A stretch of 64,000 nt of DNA from Octopus vulgaris (Eukaryota). Under the pieces are notes generated by a model. It worked only from the letters and a program-made list of their open reading frames with translations. It was not told where the DNA came from and ran no database searches. The DNA is taken from NCBI GenBank assembly GCA_951406725.2, contig OX597817.1:122512001-122576000 (forward strand). The letters are read 5' to 3'. Of the stretch, positions 27,682-40,790 are shown in pieces (positions within the stretch are counted from its first letter, which is position 1; every line of letters begins with the position of its first letter). The translations under genes and the position numbers were made by a program.

Positions 27682-28261
27682 AACAACAAAGAAGATGAGG
27701 ACAAAATCCGTCAAAATGTAAATAATGTACATAGTGTACATAATTCCTCATCTCTTAGATACAAAACTGTATTATCAAACGCTTTATTAAACTTATTAAA
27801 ATTGAAAGCTTATGCTTTATAACTATGAGTTTCATGTTTCTGAATCCGAAGAATGAAAAAACCACTGAAAGAAATATTCAGAAAATAGAAACAAAATAAA
27901 AAGAAAGAATTTGAGTGGCTGCATGTATCAAGATAAATTCAAATAGATAAAGCATTTTATTATTTTTAATGTATATGAAAAGTAAATGTATTTATTTGAG
28001 TACATATAAAATAAATAAATGTAACTATTGATGCAATGCAATCACATAAACTGAAGGTTTATCATAAAGCATTTGCAGAATATCATTTAAACTTAAATAC
28101 TACAATGTGAAAGAAAATAAAAAAAAAACACACAAATTCCCAAAGTGTTGTGTGTGTGCGTGTGTGCATATCTGTATTGTTTACAGGTAAGAGTTGTTAT
28201 ATATAATAAATATATATTTTGTGAAGTGAAAACATTATTTGATCATTTATCTGTAACTTAT

Positions 28262-28460
28262 AACAGTCATTAGTCTGTGGCCACCACCTAGAAGAATTTC
28301 TTGTTGAATGAATTGACCCCAGTACATATTATTTTCTATTTTTGCTAAGCCTGGTACTTATTCTATCAGTTTCTTTTGCAAAACCACTAAGTAACAGGGA
28401 TGTAAACACACCAATAATGGTTGTCAGGCAGTGGTGGAGGACAAAGACAGACACATACAT
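28262..28460 (-). mobile_element. Family-A SINE 3' half
   Basis: CTGGTACTTATTCTATCAG...GTAAACACACCA match; ends at the internal (TA)n. Confidence 0.75.
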
Positions 28461-28499
28461 ATATATATGCGTGAGTATATATATATATATATATATATA

Positions 28500-29022
28500 A
28501 ATGGTGTTTAACGCCGGTGTTATTCAAATTCTTTTACTTCCAACACATGTTTCGAAGATATCACTTGTATTATTCCAAAGGAATAAAATGGTGTAAAACT
28601 ATGTAATCTTCTCTTCAGGGAAATGAAGAAATGAAACTCGTCAATAAAAAATTTTAACAGAAAATGATGGATATGTATAGTGATTAACTGAACACTATTA
28701 ATATTGTTTAAAAAAAAAGCGTTATAGGATATAACGTCATAGGTAGCCTATAGAAAGAGAAGGGATAAAATAAAATTAAGAAAAACTAAATATATGAGAA
28801 GTATATAACTATATGTATATTAAAAAAAAACTTATAGACTAGGAAAAATATATATCTAGTGAATGTGAAATGTAAAAAGAAAATTAATATTTAAATTATA
28901 TATGATAGAAATCACTTATATGAACTAAAGGTGTGTTTTTGCCAATGTTTACATCGATATGCATGATCTATAACCGTGTTTACAAGAGGATTTTTAGAAA
29001 AAAGGAAAAGAAAATAGTTCAT
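28500..29022 (-). mobile_element. 5'-truncated PLE (possibly Hydra-clade-like C-terminus) between (TA)n tracts
   Basis: 29022-28912 reads NYFLFLFSKNPLVNTVIDHAYRCKHWQKHTFSSYK*, resembling the LLN..E....C(R/K)H..K ending of some PLE endonucleases; hammerhead in the 3' UTR. Confidence 0.6.
28537..28623 (-). ncRNA. Type-I hammerhead with intact core and long stem-II insert
   Basis: UUUCC-CUGAAGA-GAAGAU(about 46 nt)AUCUUC-GAA-ACAUGUGU-U-GGAAG; GUU cleavage triplet. Confidence 0.75.
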
Positions 29023-29478
29023 ATATATATATTTCGCCTGGCATGCTTATGTTTCTGCCAACTCAAAGCACATGCAATTACACACTCATATTTTATCACA
29101 CATTTACACATATACCATTAAGTAACCATCATCATCCTCATTCACCAACAACAATTAACATCTATGTCCCATGCAAGTATTGCTTGTACTAAAATAAATT
29201 ATATATATATGTGCATATGTTGTAGCGATTTATATTGTAAAAGGATTTGAGAAAAGTCATCTATAACTGCTTGCTCATTTGAATATGTTCTTCACCGGAA
29301 CTACAAAGATAATCCCTTTTTACTCTTACTATCATAAATTTTGTAAAACAGCAAATGGCCATTGAAAACTAGTAACCTCTGATCTTCTGTTGATCAGAAA
29401 ATGTTAATTGACAAACTCAACAAAACATTTAAGCATTTACAGAGAAGTATTACAGAAAATAATTCAAACAATCTTATC

Positions 29479-29573
<95 letters not shown>

Positions 29574-29610
29574 CATATATAGACATAAATGTGTGTGTGT
29601 CAATATGTAT

Positions 29611-29654
<44 letters not shown>

Positions 29655-29976
29655 GTAAATCAGAAATGGAAAAACAAAACAATAGATTGAACAATTATAA
29701 ATTCAATTTAAATATTTCATACAAACAAATGACACATCTCATAAATTACAGCTGTTTCTACTTCATTAACAAAATGAAGTGTTTCAAGAATGATCAATCC
29801 ATTTAAATATGTAATGATGCTTCATCAAATTGACATATCTCCTTAAATAGCTGACGAAAAATATCAAATGAAAATATTTATCATTTCTAAATCTTTACAA
29901 AGATGCTATATAAGGGCATGCTTAATCATAAATAAATAAATAATCTAACTGAAATTTTGTAAATTCATAACTTTAA

Positions 29977-30048
<72 letters not shown>

Positions 30049-30224
30049 GTGTGTGTGTATATATATATGTGTGTGTGTATATATATATGCATGTGTGTAT
30101 ATATATATATATACACATATATATATATATGCATGTGTGTCTATATATATATGTTTATATAGATATGCATGTGTATATATATATGTATATATATATATGC
30201 ATGTGTATATATATATAGATATGC

Positions 30225-30277
<53 letters not shown>

Positions 30278-30383
30278 CATGCATATATATATATGTATAC
30301 ATGCATATGATGATGATGATATGTATGCATACATGCATATATACATGCATTTATATACATATATATATATATATACAGGCATT

Positions 30384-30444
<61 letters not shown>

Positions 30445-30449
<5 letters not shown>

Positions 30450-30568
30450 AGGATAGTGAGTAAGGCCAGGACAATGCAAAGTAAATGCAAGGCAAATCCT
30501 AAGAAAACAAATACATGAATTAATGTGGACTTACTTTTCATTCAATATTTCGGGGTTATGACCCCATC
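30445..30568 (-). mobile_element. Probable PLE pLTR stub truncated inside a hammerhead, next to (TA)n
   Basis: GA-U-GGGGU(cata)ACCCC-GAAA-UA-UU-GAAUG; the CUGA half and 5' stem I are missing. Confidence 0.4.
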
Positions 30569-33500
30569 CTATGTATGTATCTATCTATCATTTAGCAAAT
30601 ATAGGATTTAAATGCAAGCTACTAAAAGTTTTGTGCATCAACATTACATTTGTTGGATGAGTTTATTTAATGTGCCATGTAATATCCTGCAATCTTTGAG
30701 TATGAAACTTATATATATTTGTCTCTGGATGAATACATTTTTTTCCTTTTTGCTGATCCTACCTGTTATGGAACAATACACTATATATATGTATACACAC
30801 ACACTATAAAACACATATGCATGCACAAGCACACACCCACACACAGATATATGATCGTTATTACTTTGTCTTTCATTCAAAATCTGTGCTTATGAAGCAG
30901 ATATCTTCATTGAAGGTCTTCAAAGTTATAATCATTCAGTTGTTTTTCAAGAGGATATCATTAACTACATAATCTGATGTTTGTGTTTTCAAGACACAAA
31001 GTGGGAGGTTTGGCTGCTAATTCTAGCAGATTGAATGAACTTGTAGAATATCTAATGTCGGTGTAGTCGTTTACCATCAGCACTGTCATTATTACTATCA
31101 TCATCATTTTCACATTTTTTTCATACTGGAATAGGCTGAAAAAGATTTATTGAAGCAATAGTCTACGTACAATATTTTATGTAGTTGTGTTACTTGCAAC
31201 ATATATTATCCATTGGTTTCAGAATGCTTGGCTCACTAACATAGTAAACTATGAGAAGAAAAAGGGCATAGAAGGTCATGATTACTGATATGTATTGGCA
31301 TGGTACATAAAAGAAGATGTAGAATATCTTATAATAATTCTGTTGTCATTGCGTTACTTAGCCCATTGGTAACACTTTCGTGTGATTAGAGAAAAGGAGA
31401 GAGAAAGAAAAAGAAGGAAAGAGAAGCACCCATGATGTGAGGTAGGGAGAATGTAATATTTATTATGTGGTTAAAAAAGTTAGTCGAAGATAGAGGAGGA
31501 GAGTTAAGAATATAATTTTAGCAGAGGGGTGATGTTCTGATAGTTAAGTTAAAAAAGACAAAGAGAGAAATGGGGAGGGCGAGAGAGAGAGAGAGGAGAG
31601 AGATGATGATGGTAGTGGAGGTGGTGGCAGTGGTGATTGGAGAGTGAAAAGTATTTCTTTTTAATTGAACTAAGTTTTTTTATATCAACCTATCACTTAA
31701 CACATGCACATAAGTACAATTCCATGAAATATTCATGATCATTTACATGGCAGATATATGCAATTTAACTAAAGGTTATATCACATGTATGGGATATTTT
31801 GTTTTTGTTTATAGGTAAATTGAAAAATAAGAGTGAATATTTATTTCATGAGTGCTGCTTATTAAGTCTATAAAATTGTGCATAAAGTATATAAAGTGCA
31901 TTAAATAATCATCATATTCTTATTTATTTCACTTCTCAATGAGTTGCAGATGAAGGACTATCTTTCCATACAGGCACAACACAGGCTACTCTTTCAGTTT
32001 TTTTTTAATAAAGTTTTCAGAGATAACCCAATAGGTTTACCATTAATTCCATGAAATATTCACAGGTCTCACTAGTTAGAATATTAATGCATAATTGTTC
32101 TAAGAGTAAGGTTCAGTTAAAAATTCATTGGTCTCGTATAATCTTTCCATAATGATAAGATCATACCAGACCTTTCTATTTGAAGGGAAGATTTCTAACT
32201 CAGTTTTAACAGATAAATGTGTTAAGCAACTCTCATTACTCATAAACTTTATGCTATGCTCTTAAACACTGATTTAAGATACATCAAAAGTAAGATATAT
32301 ATCTAGTACCAAACTTCAGTTAAGTTTCTGAACGGTCTTACATAAGTTTAAAATAAAAACTGAATCATTTACAAATCACAGTCTACCATTTTGAAGCAAA
32401 GGCATACTAAATATCTAAGATACTTTGTCTGAAAAGAAAAACCAAAAAGACCAAGACACTGGAGTACTTTCCATCATAGGTCTGCATGATCAGGTACAAT
32501 CAATTTGGTACTAAACAACAACAAAAATATCACTCACAATTTTAAGTACTTTTATAAGTAGTTTATTTAGCCTCTGAAACTAAAAACTCAACCATTATAT
32601 TCAGTCATTTTATCAGTATGAAAAAGCAGAGATTTGTCTTTGAAATTACAGTGTACCATTCAATGCAAAACAGAATCCAGATCCAAACTAGCCAAAGACA
32701 TTTGTTGCATGAATGCTATAATCTAAATTTATACCCAAAGCCAACAAAAAAAAAAGGTAAAACAATAATGAACGAAGTTAAAGAGATTACTTTAAAACAT
32801 AAGTAAAAGACATTCTTGATGTGGGTGCACAGCTCAAAATGTACAAGTGCATAATTTGAGGTTAAATTTCAGTCGGCAAGGATTTATGTTTGCTCGCCAC
32901 AGATCAATATGACAAGCACTTTAATCTATGGGGATACATAATTAAATTCCTGGTAAAATTTCAAAATAAGTAGAGTGGGAAAGCAGAAAATATTTGAAGT
33001 AATCTATGTATAAAATATGCCCATATGATGATGATGATGATAATAATAGTAAATAATAATGATAAAAATAATAATAAATCAATTTAGAATCAATTGAAAG
33101 AACATTGTCATAATTTAAACAAAAAAAAAGCTCAATGAATTGAAGATGATATGATAAATCATAGCAATAGTAACACCAGAAGGGAGAACAAACTAGACAT
33201 AAAAATCAATCAGTGATGATTTACACAAGGTAATGCATATAAATCGGTACAAAACCAACTGGCATTAACAGTAACAGGAAACACTTAACATAGAGCTAGT
33301 CTTTGACATCGATCCTTTAATAAAAATATATACATGTGCCAAGCAACCAACCATTCTAAAAGTAGAGTAGATTTCCATTATGGAAATATAAAATGCTACT
33401 ATTGTAGAAGAGACTCAGAAATTGGTTAGTGTTTAAGACTACCATATTACAGTTAATAATCCTTCATTTGAAATTCTGATATCTGAAAAATATCCAAGAC

Positions 33501-33811
33501 CCCATTTTTCTTTTAAAGAGAGAGAGAGGAGAGAGAAGCACCATAAACAGGAAATTCCTGAAAGCACTCAGAAATGTTTTCAAAAAAATGTAAGCTGTTG
33601 TAGGTGAGTATAAAATGGAAGTGTTAAACATTTGACATCTTTACTGTTTAATGCAGTTGATATGTTAAAGTGAAAATGTATTTGGTTTGTTGAAAAACGA
33701 AATGTTCTCAAAAGGAAATTGTGGTATGATGTGCAAAACTGGACTAGGATCAAAGTTATATTAACCTATCTTCATGGTATATGCATAAGCTCTACTATGA
33801 AATGTGAAAAA

Positions 33812-34023
33812 GTTGGCGAGAAGGCAAAAATTTTAGCACGCCAGGCAAAATGCGTAGCTGTATTTTGTCTGTTTTTACGTTCTGAGTTCAAATTCCACCG
33901 AGGTCGACTTTGCCTTTTATCCTTTCGGGGTCGATAAATTAAGTACCAGTTACACACTGGGGTCGATGTAATTGACTTAATCCGTTTGTCTGTCCTTGTT
34001 TGTCTGCTCTATGTTTAGCCCTT
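33812..34023 (+). mobile_element. Family-B SINE with ATGTGAAAAAG flanking repeat
   Basis: Near-consensus copy; ATGTGAAAAAG on both sides. Confidence 0.88.
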
Positions 34024-34089
34024 TGTGGGTAGTAAAGAAATAGAGATGTGAAAAAGGTAAGGTTTCGTTCTTGTGTCATGACAAGTCAT

Positions 34090-34300
34090 AAGGGCCGGTT
34101 TCCTGGTTTCCATGGCATATTTATTCCCTACATGGACAGGATGCTGGTCTGTCACAGGATTACTTAATTTTGCCAGCTGAATGGCCTAGAGTAATGCAGC
34201 TTGAAGTGTTTTACTAACAAACACAATGTGTTGCCCGGTCCAGGAATCAAAACCACAATCTCATGATCATGAGTCCAACACCCTAACCACTAAGCCTCCA
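34090..34300 (-). mobile_element. tRNA-derived SINE with family-C-like head
   Basis: Minus strand GGCTTAGTGGTTAGGGTGTTGGACTCATGATCATGAGATTGTGGTTTTGATTCCTGG; head resembles 49378-49706. Confidence 0.7.
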
Positions 34301-35990
34301 TTATTATGAAATGTAAACTTGGACCCCATACTCTGACTGTCCCATTTTATAGACAAAAATATACAATTTTTCCAAAATATAAAACACTTCCTGTCCCAAT
34401 TATGTCAGAAACATTATCACCCATATTACCGTTAGGCCTCCAGAATAATCTACTGCTTCAAGGCAGTGCGTAAGCATGGTTGCAGCCAAATGAGTCAAAT
34501 AAGTAAAAATAAAAGAAAAAAAAACATTTGGTAAGTGTGAAATGCAACTTGTGTGAATAAATTGATGTTTATGTACCCTGTTCAATTTTTTTAGAATGTA
34601 TAATTTGGAATTGTCTCCCTTGAATTTCTGGTTCAGAATTAATCATCAACTTTGTCATGACTAATTATAAGGAAATTTCTAGTTGCTTGCACCTGAGATT
34701 CACTTCTAGAACATAAAAGAAATGTGAACCTCTGAATTGAAAACTACTGGTTAGAAACATCTGCAATTTGAGATTATCTGGAACTGGCAATTTGTTGATC
34801 TAATTGCAATACCATGAATTCCTTGTTGGAAATATACCACTTTCTCTTTCCGTATGAAATTGTTTATCTCCAAACGGCTTCAAGTTATTCTCTGCATATG
34901 TATAACTGAATTCCTATTGCTAATTCGACCATATTTTAACATGAAATTTAACATGGGGTTTACTGATTCACACTATATCAGGAATTTGGCTGAACATTGA
35001 ATGTGAAATGTGAAATTCCAAAACAGGCTATATGACCTGAAAGGGTTAAAATTAATAAATTTTCCCCCTTCACTACAAATATAATTTGGGGCTTTCTCCT
35101 TTTTTGTCATTAAATTTCATTTACTAGATGTTCTTTATGCAGATAGTGTTCCCAGATTATTTGTTTTTAGCATTAGTTTCTTGTCTGTAAGCTTAAACTT
35201 GGAGCTGCTTATGCAGGAAAGAGAATAATACAAGAGTGGGGGCTTGCTTTCCAGTATTTCATGAAATACAAAATATCTTATGTTTTAAGAAGCCAATTAT
35301 AAGACATGTCAAAAATAATGAATACGAGAATACACAGAAGATAAATATCAGGTGGGAGATATTCAGATGTATGGTAACATAAACCATAATTAGAAGGACA
35401 AAGATTACAGAAGTTGTGTGTAACCAGATCGAAAAATTTATAGAATTGATAACAGTGAAAGAAATAAGATATATTATGAAAATATTAGAGGATATTCAGC
35501 TCCTTGGGAAAAATCAGAATTGGAAAGACAGAAGTTTGTGATACCAGAAATATAAAGTCTATTTTACTGGAAATGTGCTAACAAATGTGCCAATTAATAA
35601 CTAGAATGTCTTGCAGTATATATTTTGATTCTTGGTGTTCTTAGAATCCTGCCAAAGCCAATTTCACCTTTTATTCACCCAGAACTAAAAAATAAAATGC
35701 CAGTAAAAGATGGATGATTGGGAAAAGTATAGGCATGTTGGACAGTATGCCTTGTGGTACTTGTACTCATGCTTTGCATTCTGAGTTCAAATCCCTCAAT
35801 GGCATATTCTGTACAGGGAGTTTTAATGAATTCCCCAGCTCCTAGTGTTTGACTACCCTCAGTAGAGTCTAGGTCTCTGGTTTAATGATGCTTCTCTCAC
35901 CATTACTAACCAGAATCTGAGATTCTGTAGAAGATCATGGATGATTCTTTTTCTCTTGACTAAGATATATATATATTAAAAAATTGGAAG

Positions 35991-36481
35991 CAGTGATATC
36001 AAGTAAATAACAGTTACATCAAGTAAATGACAGTGATATCAAATAGATAATCTTGATATCAATTAAATAGTAGAAACATCAAGTAAATGACAGCATTATC
36101 AAGTAACAGAGGTATCAAGTAAATATTAGTGATGTCAACTAAATAGTAGAGATATCAATTAAGTAACAGTGACATCTAGGTAAATAGCAGTGATATTTAT
36201 TAAATAGTAGTGATATAAAGTAAATAACAGTAATATCAAGTAAATAATATTGATATCAAGTGAACAGCAGTGATATCAAATGAATAATAGCTATATCAAT
36301 TAAACAGTAGTGATATCAAATAAATTATGGTTATATCAAATAGACAGCAGTGATATCAATTAGATAACTGTCATATCAAGTAAATAACAGTAAGGTCAAT
36401 GAAATAACTGTGATATCAAGTAAAACATGAAGATATCAAGTAACTAATTAAATTAAACAATTAAAAGTGATATTAAGTAAA
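35991..36481. repeat. Degenerate minisatellite, unit about 20 bp (CAGTGATATCAAGTAAATAG), roughly 24 units
   Basis: GATATCAA...TAAATA recurs about every 20 nt. Confidence 0.85.
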
Positions 36482-36894
36482 CAGGTTCAGATATAGACTT
36501 TAGAATTTCATTTAGTGACTTTGAAAATCTCCACAAGGCTGTTCATATTGCTCTTAAAGAAAGAGAGACAAACCACCAACTGGATATAATGGTGATGTGT
36601 TGTAGATAATCTTTCTAACAGATTCTAGGGTTTATTTTTTTGCATTTGAGGAATGGTAGTAATGTAGAGCTATTTATTATTTCCAATGAAACATACGTAT
36701 CTTATATACATGCTTACTTTACATACATGCACTCACATAGATTACATACATATACATACATACGCATGTAAATACATACACATACATTTAGATATTACAT
36801 ACACATTCGTATACACATACACGCACATTAATACATACAATTCAGATACATAATATACACATATACATACACGCATAAATACATACACATGTAG

Positions 36895-37370
36895 ATTACA
36901 TAGGTGCACACACATACACATACCCACTCACATATACATGCACACATCAATACATACACATATACATTACATAGGTGCACACACATACACATACCCACTC
37001 ACATATACATGCACACATAAATACATACACATATACATTACATAGGTGCACACACATACACATACCCACTCACATATACATGCACACATCAATACATACA
37101 CATATACATTACATAGGTGCACACACATACACATACCCACTCACATATACATGCACACATAAATACATACACATATACATTACATAGGTGCACACACATA
37201 CACCTATCCACTCACATATACATGCACACATAAATACGTACACATATACATTACATAGGTGCACACACATACACATACCCACTCACATATACATGCACAC
37301 ATAAATACATACACATATACATTACATAGGTGCACACACATACACATACCCACTCACATATATATGCACA
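36895..37370. repeat. 71-bp minisatellite, about 6.7 copies
   Basis: ATTACATAGGTGCAC starts at 36895, 36966, 37037, 37108, 37179, 37250 and 37321. Confidence 0.95.
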
Positions 37371-37480
37371 AATACATACCTATGTATATACATAGATAAA
37401 TGCAGACATACATACATATGCCCGCACACATGCATGCAAACACATATATACATACGTACGTACATTTGTACCTACCTACC

Positions 37481-37511
<31 letters not shown>

Positions 37512-39143
37512 CCATGCATTTCCTGTTCTACAGTAAGTAAACATTACTATCCTTGGAGTATCATCGCATGAAATCAACTAAATATTAAAAAAAGAAACTG
37601 TTTGCTCCCATCCCTATTCTGTTCTCTTCTGCTGCAATCCAACAAGCTCACACCATACTCAAAACAAAACTATAATACACCCACTAAAAAACAATACTAC
37701 GCCTCCAGTTCCACTCCACATAAAGCAGTTAAAACATATAAAATAAAGAGAAATGAAGAATTGCAGGTCTCCATATCTCCACTTTCTTTGGTTCAGTTTT
37801 ACATAATTTAGTCTCACTGCTGCAGTGTGGACAAATAATGACATGTGTGCTTAAGATTTTCTTTAGCACACCAACATCTAACCATAAATCAATGTAAATA
37901 GCAACCAGTAAGTTTCTTTATTTTCCTAATCTTTTTATTTTTGCTTCTTTCTTTGTTTTCCTTTCCTCTTTCTCCCTTTTTCTCAAGAACAGCTATATAT
38001 ATTTATATATATATATATATATATATATACATTCTAGAGATATTAAAGCACATTAATGGACTATTTTGCATTGTGTTTCATTTCATTTATCATCATCATC
38101 ATCATTGTTGTTGTTCTTTTATTGCATTTGCATGTATATATATATATATTTATATATGTGTGTGTATATATATATATGTAAGATGTGCTTGTTTAATCTT
38201 TACATTTCTTTGCATAAGCCAAAATGTTTATACTGTTAACTCGTATTCAGTTTATGAAAAGTCTTAAACTAAAATACTGGCTCAAAGGCAAACCTTCCAA
38301 TTCCACAGACAATAATCTGTCTCTTGCATTCCTAAAATATTATTTTCTAATTTCTTCTTCATTCTCTTATCATTTCCTTTACATTCTTTTGTTCTTTTCT
38401 TCTTATAATTCCTAGTATACAAAACTGGTTATTCATTCTAAATTCTAACCTTTTTTTTTGGTTGCCTGAAACAAATAAAATTATCCTATTTTCTTTTCAT
38501 ATAATTTCTCTGTGAGTTTAAACAACTGACCAGATGGTATTGATTAGGGAATTACACAATGACCATTCCATTTTCTGTCATGTTATATCCCTTTAAAAGA
38601 ACACAGCTTTTATTCCTGAAGGGTTTCTGGTAGGAAACCGAAACTGAGATTGAGTTCAATTATTGGACCTTTTTTGGAATAAAAAAAGCACACAACTTTT
38701 ACCTTTAGAGATTCCACAGTGGTTTCTAGCTCCAAACGGGAAGCTCAATGTAGAAAAGGCCATTTCAGAAACTTGTGGCTTAGCAATCAAACCAAAATTG
38801 TGTCTATGTAGAAATCTTACATAAGTACGCTTAATAAGATGAATTCCTGTATTATAATTCTCTATGTGTGACAAAATTAACAAAAACGTTTGATACTTCA
38901 GTGTTTCATTGAAGCACAAGAGAGAAAAAAGAGATAAGCTAAATGAAAACACCAAAGGAAAAATTATATATAAAAATATTTTCAGAAAGGAAATAAAGCA
39001 GAGCTTCAGTTTACTCAGATAATTAGGTAAAGATGATTTTATATATATATATATATATATATATAAAATCATCTTTATATATATACATACATATATACAT
39101 ACATACGCATATATATATATATACATATATATATATACATACA

Positions 39144-39178
<35 letters not shown>

Positions 39179-39555
39179 GTATATATACTTATATACATGC
39201 ACATATATAAATATACTTATATATACATACATACATATGTGTGTCATATACACACACAATCACATATGCACATATATACACTTTAGCTATTAATTGATTT
39301 AAACATCCTTTTGTTCTGGTATCATTATTTTTCCCAATATCCATCACATTTCTCATACCTACAACCCATTTGTCTCATGAACACACATCATTGCCTCGGC
39401 AATTTGGTGAACAAAGAAATTTCTCAGCAGCCATGTAGACAAAGTACAGAGCTTTTTGCATTAGAAAAGTCTAACTTTACAGATGATAACTGGTTTGCTT
39501 TCATCTGCATAGCTCTACCCACCAACCAACCAACCAACCAAACAACCAACAAAAA

Positions 39556-39586
<31 letters not shown>

Positions 39587-40407
39587 ATGAATAAATGAAT
39601 GGATAAATAATTAAAAGCTTTAACAAGCATTTTAGCAAAGATGTGGAAAATGGTTTTGTAATATGTGCAATTAACCAAATATTTCACCTCTGTAACTTCA
39701 GCTGATCATTCTTGCTCTATCCAAATTAGACACTACAATGTTTCTAACAACTAATTCATTTATCAATTAATTTGCACATCCAGCAGATCGTACTTAGTTC
39801 AAATATTTTCTACATTCATTGTCTATGCTTCATTGCCATGCAGTTTCACATATGTGATTCATACAGCATATAACTTTTCTACGAGATAATTAGTTAGATT
39901 TTGCAGTAATTGTTCAGTGATTTTTGACAGATTTCTTAGCAGGTTTTGCAGGTTTTCATTCCTCTGTTTGTTAAATGACTTTTATACATTACATCAAATA
40001 TCCATAGCAGCTACCACAGCCTCTCATATCATTCATTGGGCTTCTTAGCTACCATTTCTGTCACCATACATGAAAACGACACTCTACGATACAATGCAAT
40101 TTTTTATTTTCCCCCCAAAGTAATGCCTCCACAAATGTTTCCAAACATAGGTATAAAAGATTATGAGCTGTAACATATTTTGTATAGAGAAGGACAGAAT
40201 TAATGAAAATATCGAAAGCTTTGCCACTTGTAATGGAGACTGCTTCAATAGAGCAAAATAACTGATGCAATAAGGAAGCCATTTTTTTTATATTGAAAAG
40301 AACATATTTTTGTGGAAATATACCAATATAAACAGTTATATATATATATACTTATGCACAGTCAAACACTAACTAATACATTCATATATATATATAATAT
40401 ATACATA

Positions 40408-40456
<49 letters not shown>

Positions 40457-40563
40457 TCATTGAAGATGATGCTAATACTGGCAGAAAGTGGAGAATCTTT
40501 TGGACTTGTGATTATTACATCACATTAGATTTTGTAGGTTATTATTCTTTTTTGCAAATTGAA

Positions 40564-40790
40564 AGACGGTGAGAAAGCAGAATTGCTACCATGCCAGACA
40601 AAATGCTTATCAGAATTTCTTCCGGCTTTTTATGTTCTCAGTTCAAATGTGGTTGAGGTTGACTTTGCCGTTCATCCTTCTGGGGTCAATAAAATAAATA
40701 CCAATAAAACACTGAGTGTAGGAGCAGAGTGTCAATGAAATCGACATCCTCTTCCTCTCAAAATTGCTGGCTTTGTGCCAAAATTTTAAT
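40564..40790 (+). mobile_element. Family-B SINE, diverged
   Basis: GTTCAAATG...GACTTTGCCGTTCATCCTTCTGGGGTCAATAAAATAA match. Confidence 0.7.

Larger units (their letters stand above)
27392..27772 (-). mobile_element. ORF-less tRNA+hammerhead element with inverted duplicate of its 3' end
   Basis: tRNA-like head 27634-27563 (-), HHR 27491-27446 (-), inverted HHR-bearing arm 27641-27772 (+); TATCAAAC at 27384-27391 and 27773-27780. Confidence 0.8.

Noticed and set aside
35991-37370. CRISPR-like arrays
   Set aside because: Tandem units without unique spacers, eukaryotic context, no cas genes.
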